Positions 52,675 through 64,000 of a DNA stretch of 64,000 bases are shown piece by piece. Origin of the DNA: Lama glama (lineage: Eukaryota); contig CM052817.1 of the NCBI GenBank assembly GCA_028534125.1, positions 94,738,001 through 94,802,000 of the forward strand. The letters are read 5' to 3'. Below the pieces are notes generated by a model. It searched no databases. It saw only the letters and a program-made list of their open reading frames with translations, and was not told the origin of the DNA. A program made the position numbers and the translations under genes. How positions within the stretch are numbered: position 1 is the stretch's first letter; every line of letters starts with the position of its first letter.

Positions 52675-53015
52675 GTGCGGAACCTCCAAGTCGTCTATTC
52701 CGCAGCGACGCACAGCGTAATTGCATTTGAACAGCTTCCAGCCGAGCCCTGAGAAATGTCCTGTTCCGGGGCCTCAGTGCCCAGGAGGAAGGCGGCCCAG
52801 ATGACCACACAGGAGGATGGGCTCGGGAACGCCGTCTGCCTGCTGTCCCACCTGCTGACCGTTGCCCTCCACAGGAAGCACATGTTTCTGCTTAATGCCT
52901 GCCAGCTTTTGGCTGTCAGGTAGGGCATCTGCAGGCGGGCAGCTCCCGAGGGCTGCCACCTGGTGTTGTCAGTCGGCCTCAAACCAAGGAGGAAAAGGGG
53001 AGGCATTCATCGATG
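52675..53015. promoter_or_regulatory. CpG-enriched non-repeat segment with CTCF-like motif (candidate cis-regulatory element)
   Basis: Roughly 17 CpGs in about 340 bp against a CpG-poor background; gctgccacctggtgt at 52952-52966 (reverse complement ACACCAGGTGGCAGC). Confidence 0.4.
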
Positions 53016-56000
53016 TGCTTGTTTTTCTGTGTTTAGGGTGTTTCTTGGGACTTAGAGTTTTCACTTGGCACGGTAACTTGTCTCTTTAGTGAGGAGGGGC
53101 AAAAAAAAAAAAAGGAATTTTGCTTGCTTGCCTTTAACTCAGAGTTCCCGTCTTTGGAAAAGCTGTTTAGTAATACCTGGTTCACCCTCATTAAATCTGT
53201 ACAGCCTCTTCCCAGGACTACAAACTTCCTTGCAACTATCTTTAAAAAGTATATCCTAGTCCTCAGAATTTGAGACACAGTCATTAAGTTCATTATTTTT
53301 TAATACGCTGTTATAAACAATTACAAATAGGCAAGTACAAAGTTAGAATTTGAATCCCATTAAAAAGAAAAGACAAAAATAAAACAGAATAAATGTCCCG
53401 GGAGAAAGATGGAGCGTTCCTTAGAAAAGATCATTTTTGGCTCCTGTCTCAAGAGTTTATAGCATGCAAAGGAATAAAAGATCCTCGCTGCATGTCAACA
53501 GTTAGATCAAATTTCAACCTCAAAAAGACTGCTTGTTTTTATCCAAAATCGACTTACATTTAATTTTAACACATAACTTGCATTTTGCATCTATACATGC
53601 TTTCCAACTTTCCAGAAAACCGCGGAGATGTAATGAAATTGACTAGTGAGAAAGCATGATTTGCTTTTACCAGACTGCTTTAAGTAATAGGACAATTGTG
53701 AACAGGAATCAGTACCTGGGTAAGAAGAAAGCTGTTGCCCAGATGACACAGATATTTTGGTTAGTGGCTTTTCACTTGGTTTATTCTACTGATGAATGAC
53801 AAAAGTAATGATGATGATTAAATGTATAAAGACGCTGGGTTAAGGGTAGCATTGGTAGCCACAGGAAAAGTTAGATGTAATTAAATGCTGGATTTGCTCA
53901 TTACACTTTAGATTGTATATCTCAGCACCTATACGTAATTTTTTTAAAGCATGCACTCACTTATTTACATTACCACTAGAAAAATTAACTTTATCGCTCC
54001 AGCTCTGAACTGTATCTTTTCCACTGAATTCTTTCAACATGTGATTTTTTTTTAATGTAACAGGGAATTTCTGAGGAAGGCAACCATCACGCTATAGATG
54101 AACAGACTATTCTGAACTTCAGAAAACATATTACTATGGAAATTGGTGTTCAGAAAGTCAAGTGGAAATTGCCATGTTAATTCCTGTCCTCATGGCATTT
54201 TTGACACTGGAAAGAGTCACAGTGGAGACACAATTAGAGAAACCTACAAAGCATATTTATGCACGTTTTCTAGTAAACATAAGCACTCCACTGCCCTTAT
54301 GTACACGGCCATATTTTCATTCTACCTGTGTATTTTTAGGAAGTTCAATAAAATATTTGCTCAGAAAGTATTCCGGACATGTGAAGGCTGGAGGTGCCAA
54401 GTCATACAAAGAACTGGATGTAAGAGAGGAACAGGAAGTTGAATGGGTGAAAAGTGGTTGGGCAGAGAAACACAAAAGAGATGGGAAGAAGTGCAGAATG
54501 ACCCTCAACTTAAGAATAAGAGGAATCAGACCATAACATGAAAAGCAGAAAGTGTTTTCATAACGTCTTGTTCCTACTGATGGTGTCTTGATTATCAGAC
54601 TTCTGGTGGGCTGGCTGGGCTCACTCACACTTAGAGGGAGCCTGGGCAAGGAGTGAAGGGATTTGAGCCTGTCTGGAGGTTTTGGAACCATACTCTGTGT
54701 GCGCTTTCTGATCTCCCAACTATGCACCCAGCATTAGCCCCCATGCAACAACCACAAGGACAGCGTCCTGCGAGCCCTTTCCCGTGTGTTTGGAATGATC
54801 AGCTTAGTCTCCCTCAGGGGATGCTGGTGGAGAGTTTGGCCATCACAAAAGGGTGCAGCTCCTGGTACTCCTCTAACTCAACAACTCAGTGTACATCCCA
54901 GGAAGACTCAGGGAACTCCTTCAAGGGAGTTCTGCAGCCAAACGTGTTTATTAAACTGAAGTGATTTTTTCCCAAGCAGCGAGGGCCAGATGCTGTGCTC
55001 CAAAGATAAGGGGAAATTTTAATCCGCCCCTTGAAATCCTCTCTTCAGTTTTCAGACTGAGCTTCCAAGAACTGCCCTCGCCTCAGAAATTGCTACGTTT
55101 TAAAAGAAGGCTGTGATGACAAAGCACTCTTAAGTGTGTAGGCATCTCCCCTATTCCTGTTCACAGAAACAGTATTCCACATCACTGGTCTCTCCTTCTG
55201 CTGGCTCTGGAGAGGAAACACCCATGCCCCTGCGTGCACTGTGAGAAATTCCTAGGTTTTGTTTCATGAATTTTTCATGGAAAGCAAAACAGCCGTTTTT
55301 TCTTTTTTTTCCTCAACAGATCTTTTTGAAATGTTTTGAACTTGCTTCGGACATTTAATTGGATCCATTTTCTTAAATGTTGCTTCCTGCCCTCCTGGTC
55401 TGCTCTCATCCAAACCCCAAACCCGTCAGCCGCTGGCCCGTTCAGGGCCCTGCTATGATAACCCTGCAATTGGAGGGTGGAGTTGGGAGAAGAGGCCTCA
55501 GACTTTTGTTTTTCTGGTTCTCCCAACACCCTGGTGGCCTACTTGGGTGTCCCACAAGCTCTCTGTGGAACACAGGGCTTCCCATTTGGCAACAACTCTG
55601 GCTTGCATGAGCTCCTGAGCTATACTTAAGTGAGGGGGAGAGACAGTTGCAGTAACTGAGACCTGTCTTATGTCCTGGGGCGGAGGGGGGGGAGGCGAGC
55701 ATTTTCTCACCACAGCAGTGGGCACAGTCATTTCTGCTTCTACACCGGCAAGCCCTGGGGGAGAGGGAGGGAAATCATGCTATTTTCCAGGGTGACAAAA
55801 ATGTAATCGCTGTTCAAGGGTATATTTTCAGGGGAAGTTTTTAACAAAGTTGAAAGAGTTGGGGTTTTTTTCTTGACTTAATAAAAAAGTATCCGGAAAA
55901 ACATTCTTCAACTTCCCAGGGCTTCTCAAAATGTTAAATTATCAAAGGGAAACCCATTCTATGCAGCGCAGAGCATCCTTATCTTCATAGCTGTGCAAAA

Positions 56001-58629
56001 TGGTCACATGCTTTCTTTCCTATTTCTTCCAAATAGACACTGGCTTTTGTGTTTTGTAATATTTATAGAAAAATATGGATTAAATTCATAGCCCAGCTTT
56101 TAATGAATTTCAACTATTTAGAGTGTTCCCCCGAAGCACTAAAAACATGCCGAGGGGGCAGGCACGAATCTGTCAGCGTTTGTATCTAGAGTCTTACGAG
56201 CTGAGACTACTTGCTTTTTCACTAGTCAGTATGTAAAGCGTTCAGACTATTTTTTCTAAGTATGGAGTCACTAAAATTTAACCCTCACACACATCCATGA
56301 AAGTACTGTGATGTAGTGAAAAACCACTTCTGGGGTCTGGATTCTCCTGGAACATTTCAAAACCACCTTCTGCCCCAATTCTTGACCTTTCCTTGTATCC
56401 CGTGATACCCAATACCTATGTCTATGGTTCAGTTATATTTCTTCTAACATTGTATTGTATAGATCGTTATACTGGTTTGTTACATGTTTGTCTTCAATTC
56501 AAAAATGGAAAGCCCTTAAGTCCTGTAATGATGTCTCAATCACTGCAAAGTTTGCAGGGTCAAGGAAACATCTAGAACTTACAGATGATTGATGAGGGTT
56601 TGTTGCAGGAAAGAATGAATGAATGAAAGGAGGTCGAAACTGACATAAAGACACCAAATATTTACATTGAAAAATAAATTATATATGTGTGTGTATGTAC
56701 ACATATGTTTATATATATATATATATGCTTTAAAAGGCATCAAAAGGATAAATGAAGGCACTTTGGGTACAGAATTTTGAAGAGATAAGAAATTTCTTGG
56801 CCTTATATGTATACTTTCTAAGTAAACTCCCTTTCTGAAAAGCAAGCAATGCACATATTTTTAATAAGATGGGGACAGACGGGATGGTGGTAATAGGGGA
56901 AGACAGCTGAGTCTGGGCCCAGCTGGAGTCTGTGCTCATAGTAAGAGAGAAACTCCCCTCTAGGTCTTCCTCTTTCACTTTTGACCTTCTGCTCTGGGCT
57001 GCAATGTTCCCTTATTTCATCACCCTTTGCTAATAGAAAACCTTGACTTCTTTTGTAAAGGGCTAAAAACTTGGGTGCACCACATTTGCCTACTTTGAAT
57101 TCTACTGGTTGAAATAGAACAATTACCACCTCTACTTTTCATACACTCAGAGGTGAAATGAGCAATGGGAAGGTTCACAGACATTATAGTAGAAACTTAA
57201 TAGCATAAAAGACTTCTCTGGCATCAAATTCATGGACATATGAGGGCAAATGTCTTTTCAACAAAACAAATAAAAATAAAAATTATTGTGTAATATATAT
57301 ATACCATATATATATGATGTACAATATACTTGGTGTACATCACTGTAAATTAGGTATTCCTTCAGGGGAACCTTCATGTTTGTGATTAAGAATATTCAAA
57401 GTTAGGCACCCAGAGCTAGAAGAGATCTATGAATTGTAAAAAGCATGTTGTTATCCCAAAGGGAGATTTTGTAAATAGAAGATTTTGTGTATAAGCCTAT
57501 TTATCTGCAGCCTAGTAAAGAAGAGTTGAGCACTGTCTAGAGAATGTGATCTAAGCAGGCAAACAATTCAGATAATGTAAATTGCAGTTTGAGGCCTAAA
57601 AAAATACAGAAAACATGTTTAGTCTAAAAAAATGGTAAGACCTAAAATGGCATGTAAATTCTGAGAAAAGTTTTTCTGAGACTGGACAATACGGAAACAC
57701 TGACGTCTAAATTAAAATCAAAGAGACTGCTGTTTAAAATGGTGTGTCAAGGAAACCGCTCCTAACAATTTGTCCCGAGCTCCCATTCAATTCCCACAGA
57801 CCCACTGAAAATGAAAGCAAAGGCAATTATCTATTGCTAGAGTTAGGGGTGAATTTTCATAAATGGAATTAAGTTGGAAAAAAATATCAGAGCTTATCCA
57901 TGTGTAACCTCTTGAAGCAGAAAGGCCCTGTTTACCTAGAAGAAGGGGAGAAGAACTTTCTACGGACATCGTGTCTCTGACCCAGAGCCCATTACTAGTA
58001 AGAAAAGAGGCCACTTCTCTTCTCCTGGGCAGAAGGTGTCTTCTGAGACCAGCAGAGTACTACATCCCCCCAATCACATTTTTCGTATTCGTTTTGAGGC
58101 AGTATAGGCCAGAAAATAAAGGAGCAATAAAGAGGGACAGGTGACTGCACATTGCTTCCTGGGTGAACAGAGATGGGGAGAAGTCAATGGCAGTATTTGC
58201 TGGAGGTATGGTTTCGTGAATGCCATTGGTGTAATGTGCAAAAGAACAGTCTGTGCGTGTGGAAGCTGCTTTGCTACCCTTCAAGGCCTTGTGTTGATTG
58301 ACACAAAATGAATGAAAGAAGGCCCACCCAGACACATGTACAAATAAAGGGTTGAAATATAAGGACAAAGGGAAAACACGCTATTAAACGTCTAGATAGA
58401 AAGTGGAGGTTAGCTACAAGGAGGCTGAAATCTTGCTGGCTTTCTTTTAAACAGGAAGGATCAAAAGACATTAGAACCATAGCTAAAGAGAGGTTCAGTA
58501 AATTGCCCTAGGTTACATAACTAAGAACTGGATATAATGGCCTGAGTTTATAAATATAAGGTTTTTTAATCTTAGAAATTGGGAGAAGTGGGTAGTAAAA
58601 TCCTTCAGATGTATTACACATACTTCAAA

Positions 58630-59110
58630 CAACTGTGGCTAAAACCTCACACTTTTTCTTTCCTCCCAAAACATTATTTTCCCCGCTCTCACCATTTCCC
58701 TAAATGGCCTCACCATTTATATGATACTCAAGCAAAACAACTGGAAATTATTTTAATTATTTCCTTTCCTATATAACCCATATTTAATCCAATGGACGTT
58801 TCACCAACTGTACTTTCAAAATGTCTCTTTTGCATCCAGTTTGCTCATTTCTACTGTCACATCCTTAGCCCAAGTAACCATCGTTCTTCCTACCTCTGAC
58901 TGTTTCTATAACTTCCTAGTTGACCTCTCTAACTTTTGTCTTAACTCCTTTTTATTAACTCTTCACCCAGCCACCATAAAACACGGATCATCCTTAAAAT
59001 TCCCCAACAGCTCCCCACTGCTCTTGGAACAGAACTTTGACTCCTTCCTGTGTCCTAAGAAGCTGTGCATGTTCTGGCCCCTGCCTACTGTTTCCACCTT
59101 ATCCTGAATT
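58630..59110 (+). mobile_element. L2 internal/3' fragment
   Basis: ttccctaaatggcctcaccatt...ctcaagcaaaacaactggaa...tagcccaagtaaccatc...aacttcctagttgacctc. Confidence 0.7.
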
Positions 59111-59334
59111 TCGGATGCCCCTCTCAGCCTTTGACATCTTAGGTTTTCAAGAACTATACATTACAGAATATTGGAATAATAAAATGAATACATTTGAATC
59201 AACATGTGTACCTCTCTGTCTTGCACTCACTACACTCCAGCCACCCTGTTGGACTGTCGGAATAAATGTTGGGTCTAACTGGATATAAAGTTATAGAATG
59301 CTTAAACTATTATTAAAACATGATGAGTGAAACA

Positions 59335-59485
59335 GGTGAGAGAAATTAAGAGGTACAAACTTTCAGTTACAAAATCAATGAGTCACAGAGATGAAATGTA
59401 CAGTATGGGGAATATGGTCAATAATAATGTTAATACTTTGTAGGATGACAGATCATAACTAGACTTATTGTGGTTATCATTTTTT
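59335..59485 (+). mobile_element. L1 3'UTR fragment (L1MA9-like)
   Basis: aagaggtacaaactttcagttacaaaatcaatgagtcacagagatgaaatgtacagtatggggaatatggtcaataata. Confidence 0.8.
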
Positions 59486-59839
59486 AAGAAAAGTTAAAAT
59501 TATAAAAATTTAATCGAAGAAAAATTAAATGTAATAACACATTTAATATTTAGGGGCATATAAGAAGAAATTAACTTAATTTTTTAAAGTTTTAGATTGT
59601 ATAAAGTACTATGTTAATAAAAATTTAAATCTTACTATATACTGCTGATTCCACAGCACCTAGAACAGTACCTGGGACAGGGAGACTGTCAGTAGTATTT
59701 GGTGAACACATAAATTCTACAGGAAAATGTTACTTGTCTTAAGAAATAGAAAGCCTGAAAAGAGCAAAAACCCAGGGTGAGGGGGAAGAGGACAGATCAC
59801 TTTATGTTATCAAAGAGTAACTCAAATTCCCAAACACTC

Positions 59840-60270
59840 TTATTCAATAAAATTCATCATTTACTATAGACCAGGAACTACTCTAGACACTGGGACTATC
59901 TCCCCTGCCTCCCCGTGCCCTTGCCGGGGGAAAAAAACAAAAACAAAAAATAACTGTCTTTATAAAGTTTCATTCTTTTCCTATTAGCAATAGGAAAAAA
60001 ATAAATAACCAAACAGGTGGTATGTGCTATGAAGTAAACTACAGCAGCGTGAGGGGAGTCAGGAAGGGGGTCCATCATTGGTCCTTCCTCAGAGTCAGAG
60101 AAGGTCCGTTTGGTGTTACCTGCCAACTAGGTTATTGTTATAATCCTAGCAAGAGACGATGGTGGCTGAAACCAAGGTAGTCACAGTGGAAGTAGCAAAG
60201 TGGTGGGACTTGGGGTCTGTCAGTGGCCATATTCTGAAGATGGACCTGACAGGGTTTGTTGATGGGTGAG
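59840..60270 (-). mobile_element. L2 fragments
   Basis: tattcaataaaatt...tactatagaccaggaactactctagacactgggact; gagacgatggtggct...atattctgaagatggacctgacagggtttgttgatgg. Confidence 0.65.
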
Positions 60271-60279
60271 GAGAACTTA

Positions 60280-60870
60280 TACTTTAAGACATAAAACATC
60301 TTATAAGCTATAAAAATAAACAACAATAAGCAAGCAAACAATAAAGCACCAGTTCAATGCAGGAATCAGTAACTAGATCTATATGAAGAGACCACCTGTG
60401 AACAGATACCAGGATATATTTTTAATTTGAGCATACGATAAGCTTGTTTTTACAAATCAAATTTGTGGAGAAGAATTATTCAATAAATGGTGCTAAGAAA
60501 ATTTGTTACCTCTTTTTAAGTCATATTCCTGGCTACTACATACACCAAAGAAATGGTAGATGGAATAATAAATTTGATGTGATAAATTTTTTAAAGGCAA
60601 CCATTAATATCAAGAATACATTTCTGATGAATTTACATCTGAACGCAGTACTCAGAAATTCTAAGTTTAATAGCAACAAAAGAAATCACAGAGGGGAAAA
60701 AAAAATACTAGAGTTAACTAGACAAAAACCAGAACTTCAAAAATATATAAACAAAATTAAAGCCAAACAAACCAAAAAAAACCTTGCCATAAATATGGCA
60801 CAGAGAGTCAATGTTCTTATCATATACAATTTTATTTTAAAAACCAAAAAACAAACCCTGACAATGTTTC
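60280..60870 (+). mobile_element. Old L1 ORF2-region fragment
   Basis: ttattcaataaatggtgct (LFNKWC-like motif) in A-rich degenerate sequence. Confidence 0.55.
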
Positions 60871-61691
60871 TTCCTGTAACCAATATTGGTGCTGGTCATG
60901 GTTAATATTATCTCAAAATCTCCAGCATGGAAAATGCCATTCAGTGTTTCCAGACAGAAGGCAGCTTTGCAATTTGAAACTGAAATGGTTAACTAAATGT
61001 TGGTATCACAGAACTTTCAACTGTTGGGTGAGCTATAGCTTAGACATATGGGAAGACTTGCATTTGGGAAGAAATATCCAAATAATATTTCTAAGTGATG
61101 GGGTCTGAGCCATCAATTAAAACAAATTAAGTATTCTAAGAATCACGGCATGCTGTTCCCTGAATATAAGATCCCAAAAGTTTTCCGTGGACAAAAGGAG
61201 CAATAAAATGCCAAAGATATTAAAGGTGAGAATGTCATCAAAACAGAAGTGGACAGTTCCTGGAACCCTATGTGTAGTACTGATGGCTTGCTGACCGTCT
61301 TAAAAATAAAGGAAAACAGAGCATTCTTGGGGATTGGGAGGCTTATGGAAATAAACTTTAGAAAGCAGGATTCTTTCTCATAGGTGCAAAATTAAAATCA
61401 TAATATATGTCCTATGTCTTACCCGTGAGCTGGGCAGTACGTTCAGTTCTTTCAATACCTTATCCCATTCAGTCCCCCCAACAGGACTGGTACCACAGGG
61501 AAGAGCAGAGCGGGGACCCCAGGGTGGGCCTGTCTGCTGCCTGAACACAGGCTCTTAGTGGTCAGCATCTTTAGGCTGTGGAAACTAGCAACGTGGACTT
61601 GTCTACACATATCTCCAACGAACATTGACTGAGCTCCCCTATGCTCCAGGCACTATGCTGGGCACTGAAAGGTAACTTCAGAATTGATTTC

Positions 61692-61865
61692 GTTTTTTTT
61701 TTTTAATTTTTTTTTGAAGTGTAATTTTTATTTAGTTAGTTTTGGGGGGGTAGGGGTAGCTACGTTTATTTATTTATTTATTTTTAGAGGAGGTGCTGGG
61801 GATTGAGCCCAGGACCTTGTGCATGCTGAGCATGTGCTCTACCACTTGAGCTATACCCTCCCTCC
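61692..61865 (-). mobile_element. tRNA-derived SINE (vic-1-like)
   Basis: Reverse complement gagggtatagctcaagtggtagagcacatgct...; poly-T at the left; TSD cagaa(t/c)tgatttc at 61679-61691 and 61866-61878. Confidence 0.95.
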
Positions 61866-63368
61866 CAGAACTGATTTCTAAGGGCAGAAAGGAATGCTTG
61901 GTGTGGGCATGCTCAGCTTTTTTTTGGACTGAACTTATGTAGGACAAGCATGCTTTAAAAACAGAAGCCTTCACTCGGACTGTCGTAGTAAGCAGGATAA
62001 ACCATAAATCTGACCCATGTCCTTCTGTCTAAATGTAACCCATGTACATTTTGAGAGGTGGAGCATATGGACCATGGGTGTGGTTTTCTAAACACTTGAG
62101 GACAATAGCAATAGGTCATGATTTTGGAATAGTAAGATGCTGCCTACTTTTTAAATGTGAAATCTGCTGGGTTTCATTATATATTTACTCCTATATTCCC
62201 GATGACTAACAAAATAATTCTAGAGCTGGTTTATTTTCTACTGAGACTGACCTTATATTAGCAATGTTTCCTAATCTTTATCTTCAAGTTTCTCCATCCT
62301 CTCTCTCATGATGTCGACTTTGGGATTATTGTAATGTGCCCTCTATAGAGCCTGGGAAGAGAGCATTAATTTTTCCTTAAGAACGTGTGAAAGAGAAGGA
62401 TTATGCGGGGGGAGGAGATGTTCTTAAAAGCATTGTACTCTATATGAGCTATAAAACATTCTTTAAAACACTGTATTCTATACGAGTTATAAAAACATCA
62501 GGATATTTTCCATCGTTAAATATTCTCTTGTAAAGAAGTTAATTTCATCAGTTGAATTTGATCCTAGCTGACAAAATTTTTCAACTTGGAAATTTCATGT
62601 GTGGGTAACCCGCTTATTTGGAAAATAATGGCTTTATGTTTATCAGCTGCCAAAAGCCTAAGTGTAGAACAACAGAGTCCCCGAGGGACGCTCCGGCTCC
62701 AGTCATTACGAAGGTGAGGCTGGAGCCCAGGAGGGAGGAAACAGAATGCACTGCACATGAGCATGACCTAGTGGCTGGTTCACTGAGTGGCATTTATGGC
62801 AGTAAGAAAAGGCTACTTGTCTGTTTTCCAAGTGTCAGGGTAAGGGATGTGTATGCAGCTGCTGTTCACGGAGAGGTGAAGGGCAGGAAGGAAGAGATTC
62901 TCAGGAAGAAAGTGTCAGTACGAGACGGACATTCACAGTCTCTTAATATTAAGCAACGGGGTTCCCCCCACCACTGCCTTCAGGAACCGGCACCCATCAA
63001 AAGCAGTTCTTTGCATAAGTAAACAGAACGCTCTTACTGATTCTTCACAAGGAACCCAAAATGATAAACTTTGCCTCATACTGGCTCCCAACTCATTGTG
63101 CAGAGTTTATTTAGACTGTGAGACACTTAACAGAGCTCACCAGGGGAAGCATGACTTGCCCTATACACTTCATCTGGGGATCACTGGCCAGTGTGCAGTT
63201 ATATTGCTAAATGCTGTAATATATAAGTGGAATGCATCAACCATAGAGAAAATGTAAAAAGGTTATGTTATATTTTATAGCTAAACATATATATATAAAT
63301 GACATATTATAAATGTATATGTTATACTTTATAAGTATATAATATTAATATTAAATATTATTTATTAT

Positions 63369-63370
<2 letters not shown>

Positions 63371-63409
<39 letters not shown>
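63371..63409. repeat. (TG)n(TA)n microsatellite in an AT-rich tract
   Basis: Direct read of the sequence. Confidence 0.95.
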
Positions 63410-63412
<3 letters not shown>

Positions 63413-63914
63413 TAAGCCCCTCTGCAGTCCTTCAATAACATGGCTTTGCATGCTTGTCGACATTTCAATTCAAGTTGACTACACTGCAAATTACCTGCAG
63501 CCCTTTTTATAAACTCTCAGTGATAAGTGTTTCATCTTAAACACAGGATTACTGCTATAATAGTTAACACTTTGTTCTCATTAGATTTTATAGAACTAGA
63601 CATTTCTTACCCAGAATTGTGAACTTACTACCTATAACCAGTCTCAGTAATTTGGGGGAAAAAATAAGACCAGAGATGCTAATGTTACAGCTCTGCTCTA
63701 AGAAAAAAAAGGTTCAGATTCAAACGCCTTCTTTGAAAATGATACGGCATAAACTATCTTCAAGAAGCTTATCTGTATACATTTAAATAATTGTTTGGTC
63801 ATCTTACCTACATACTCAAATGTGTTATTAAGTAGTAAACCCATGAACAGCTAGGAGATTTTTTTAAGTGATCACAGCTCTGATTAGAAGTGAAAGAGGC
63901 GACAGTGAACGTAT

Positions 63915-64000
63915 AGGGTGAGGTACGATTTAACAAAAAGAGGCTTGGACTAGGCGTACAGAGACCCGGGTTCTAGTCTCCACTAAGTTACAGATATCCT
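63915..64000 (+). mobile_element. MIR 5' fragment, cut by the window edge
   Basis: aaaagaggcttggactagg...agacccgggttctagtctccacta. Confidence 0.55.

Noticed and set aside
57315..57342. 9-bp inverted repeat tgatgtaca/tgtacatca
   Set aside because: Short arms in AT-rich DNA; plausible by chance in 64 kb.
60444..60905. 153-aa K/N-rich ORF
   Set aside because: Lies in A-rich decayed L1 sequence; compositional artefact.
1..64000. Prokaryotic-type systems (CRISPR arrays, operons, defence islands)
   Set aside because: The sequence is mammalian and repeat-rich; no regularly spaced repeat-spacer array or long coding ORFs were seen.

Overview
Mammalian non-coding genomic DNA (intronic or intergenic), most likely camelid: it holds three tRNA-derived SINEs of the vic-1 type and cetartiodactyl-style L1 3' ends, and I saw no Bov-A/BovB, PRE1 or Alu elements. 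I could not support any cellular protein-coding exon, RNA gene or CRISPR array. The only ORF with recognisable homology is an L1 ORF2p C-terminal remnant (44078-44374, minus). The window is a mosaic of MIR, L2, old and young L1, MaLR/ERV LTRs, DNA transposon relics and microsatellites. Three things stand out: (1) a 349-bp TSD-flanked mini-L1 joining the L1 5'UTR start directly to the L1 3' end at an AG-preceded site, which looks like a spliced or non-autonomous element (37182-37530); (2) a chimeric retro-insertion (young L1 fragment plus old L1M-type 3' end) with a perfect 17-bp TSD inside an MLT1 LTR (40313-40533); (3) an 85-bp locally templated insertion into an MLT1A LTR copied from about 970 bp away. 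Repeat family names come from recalled consensus sequences, not a database search, and boundaries without TSDs are approximate.
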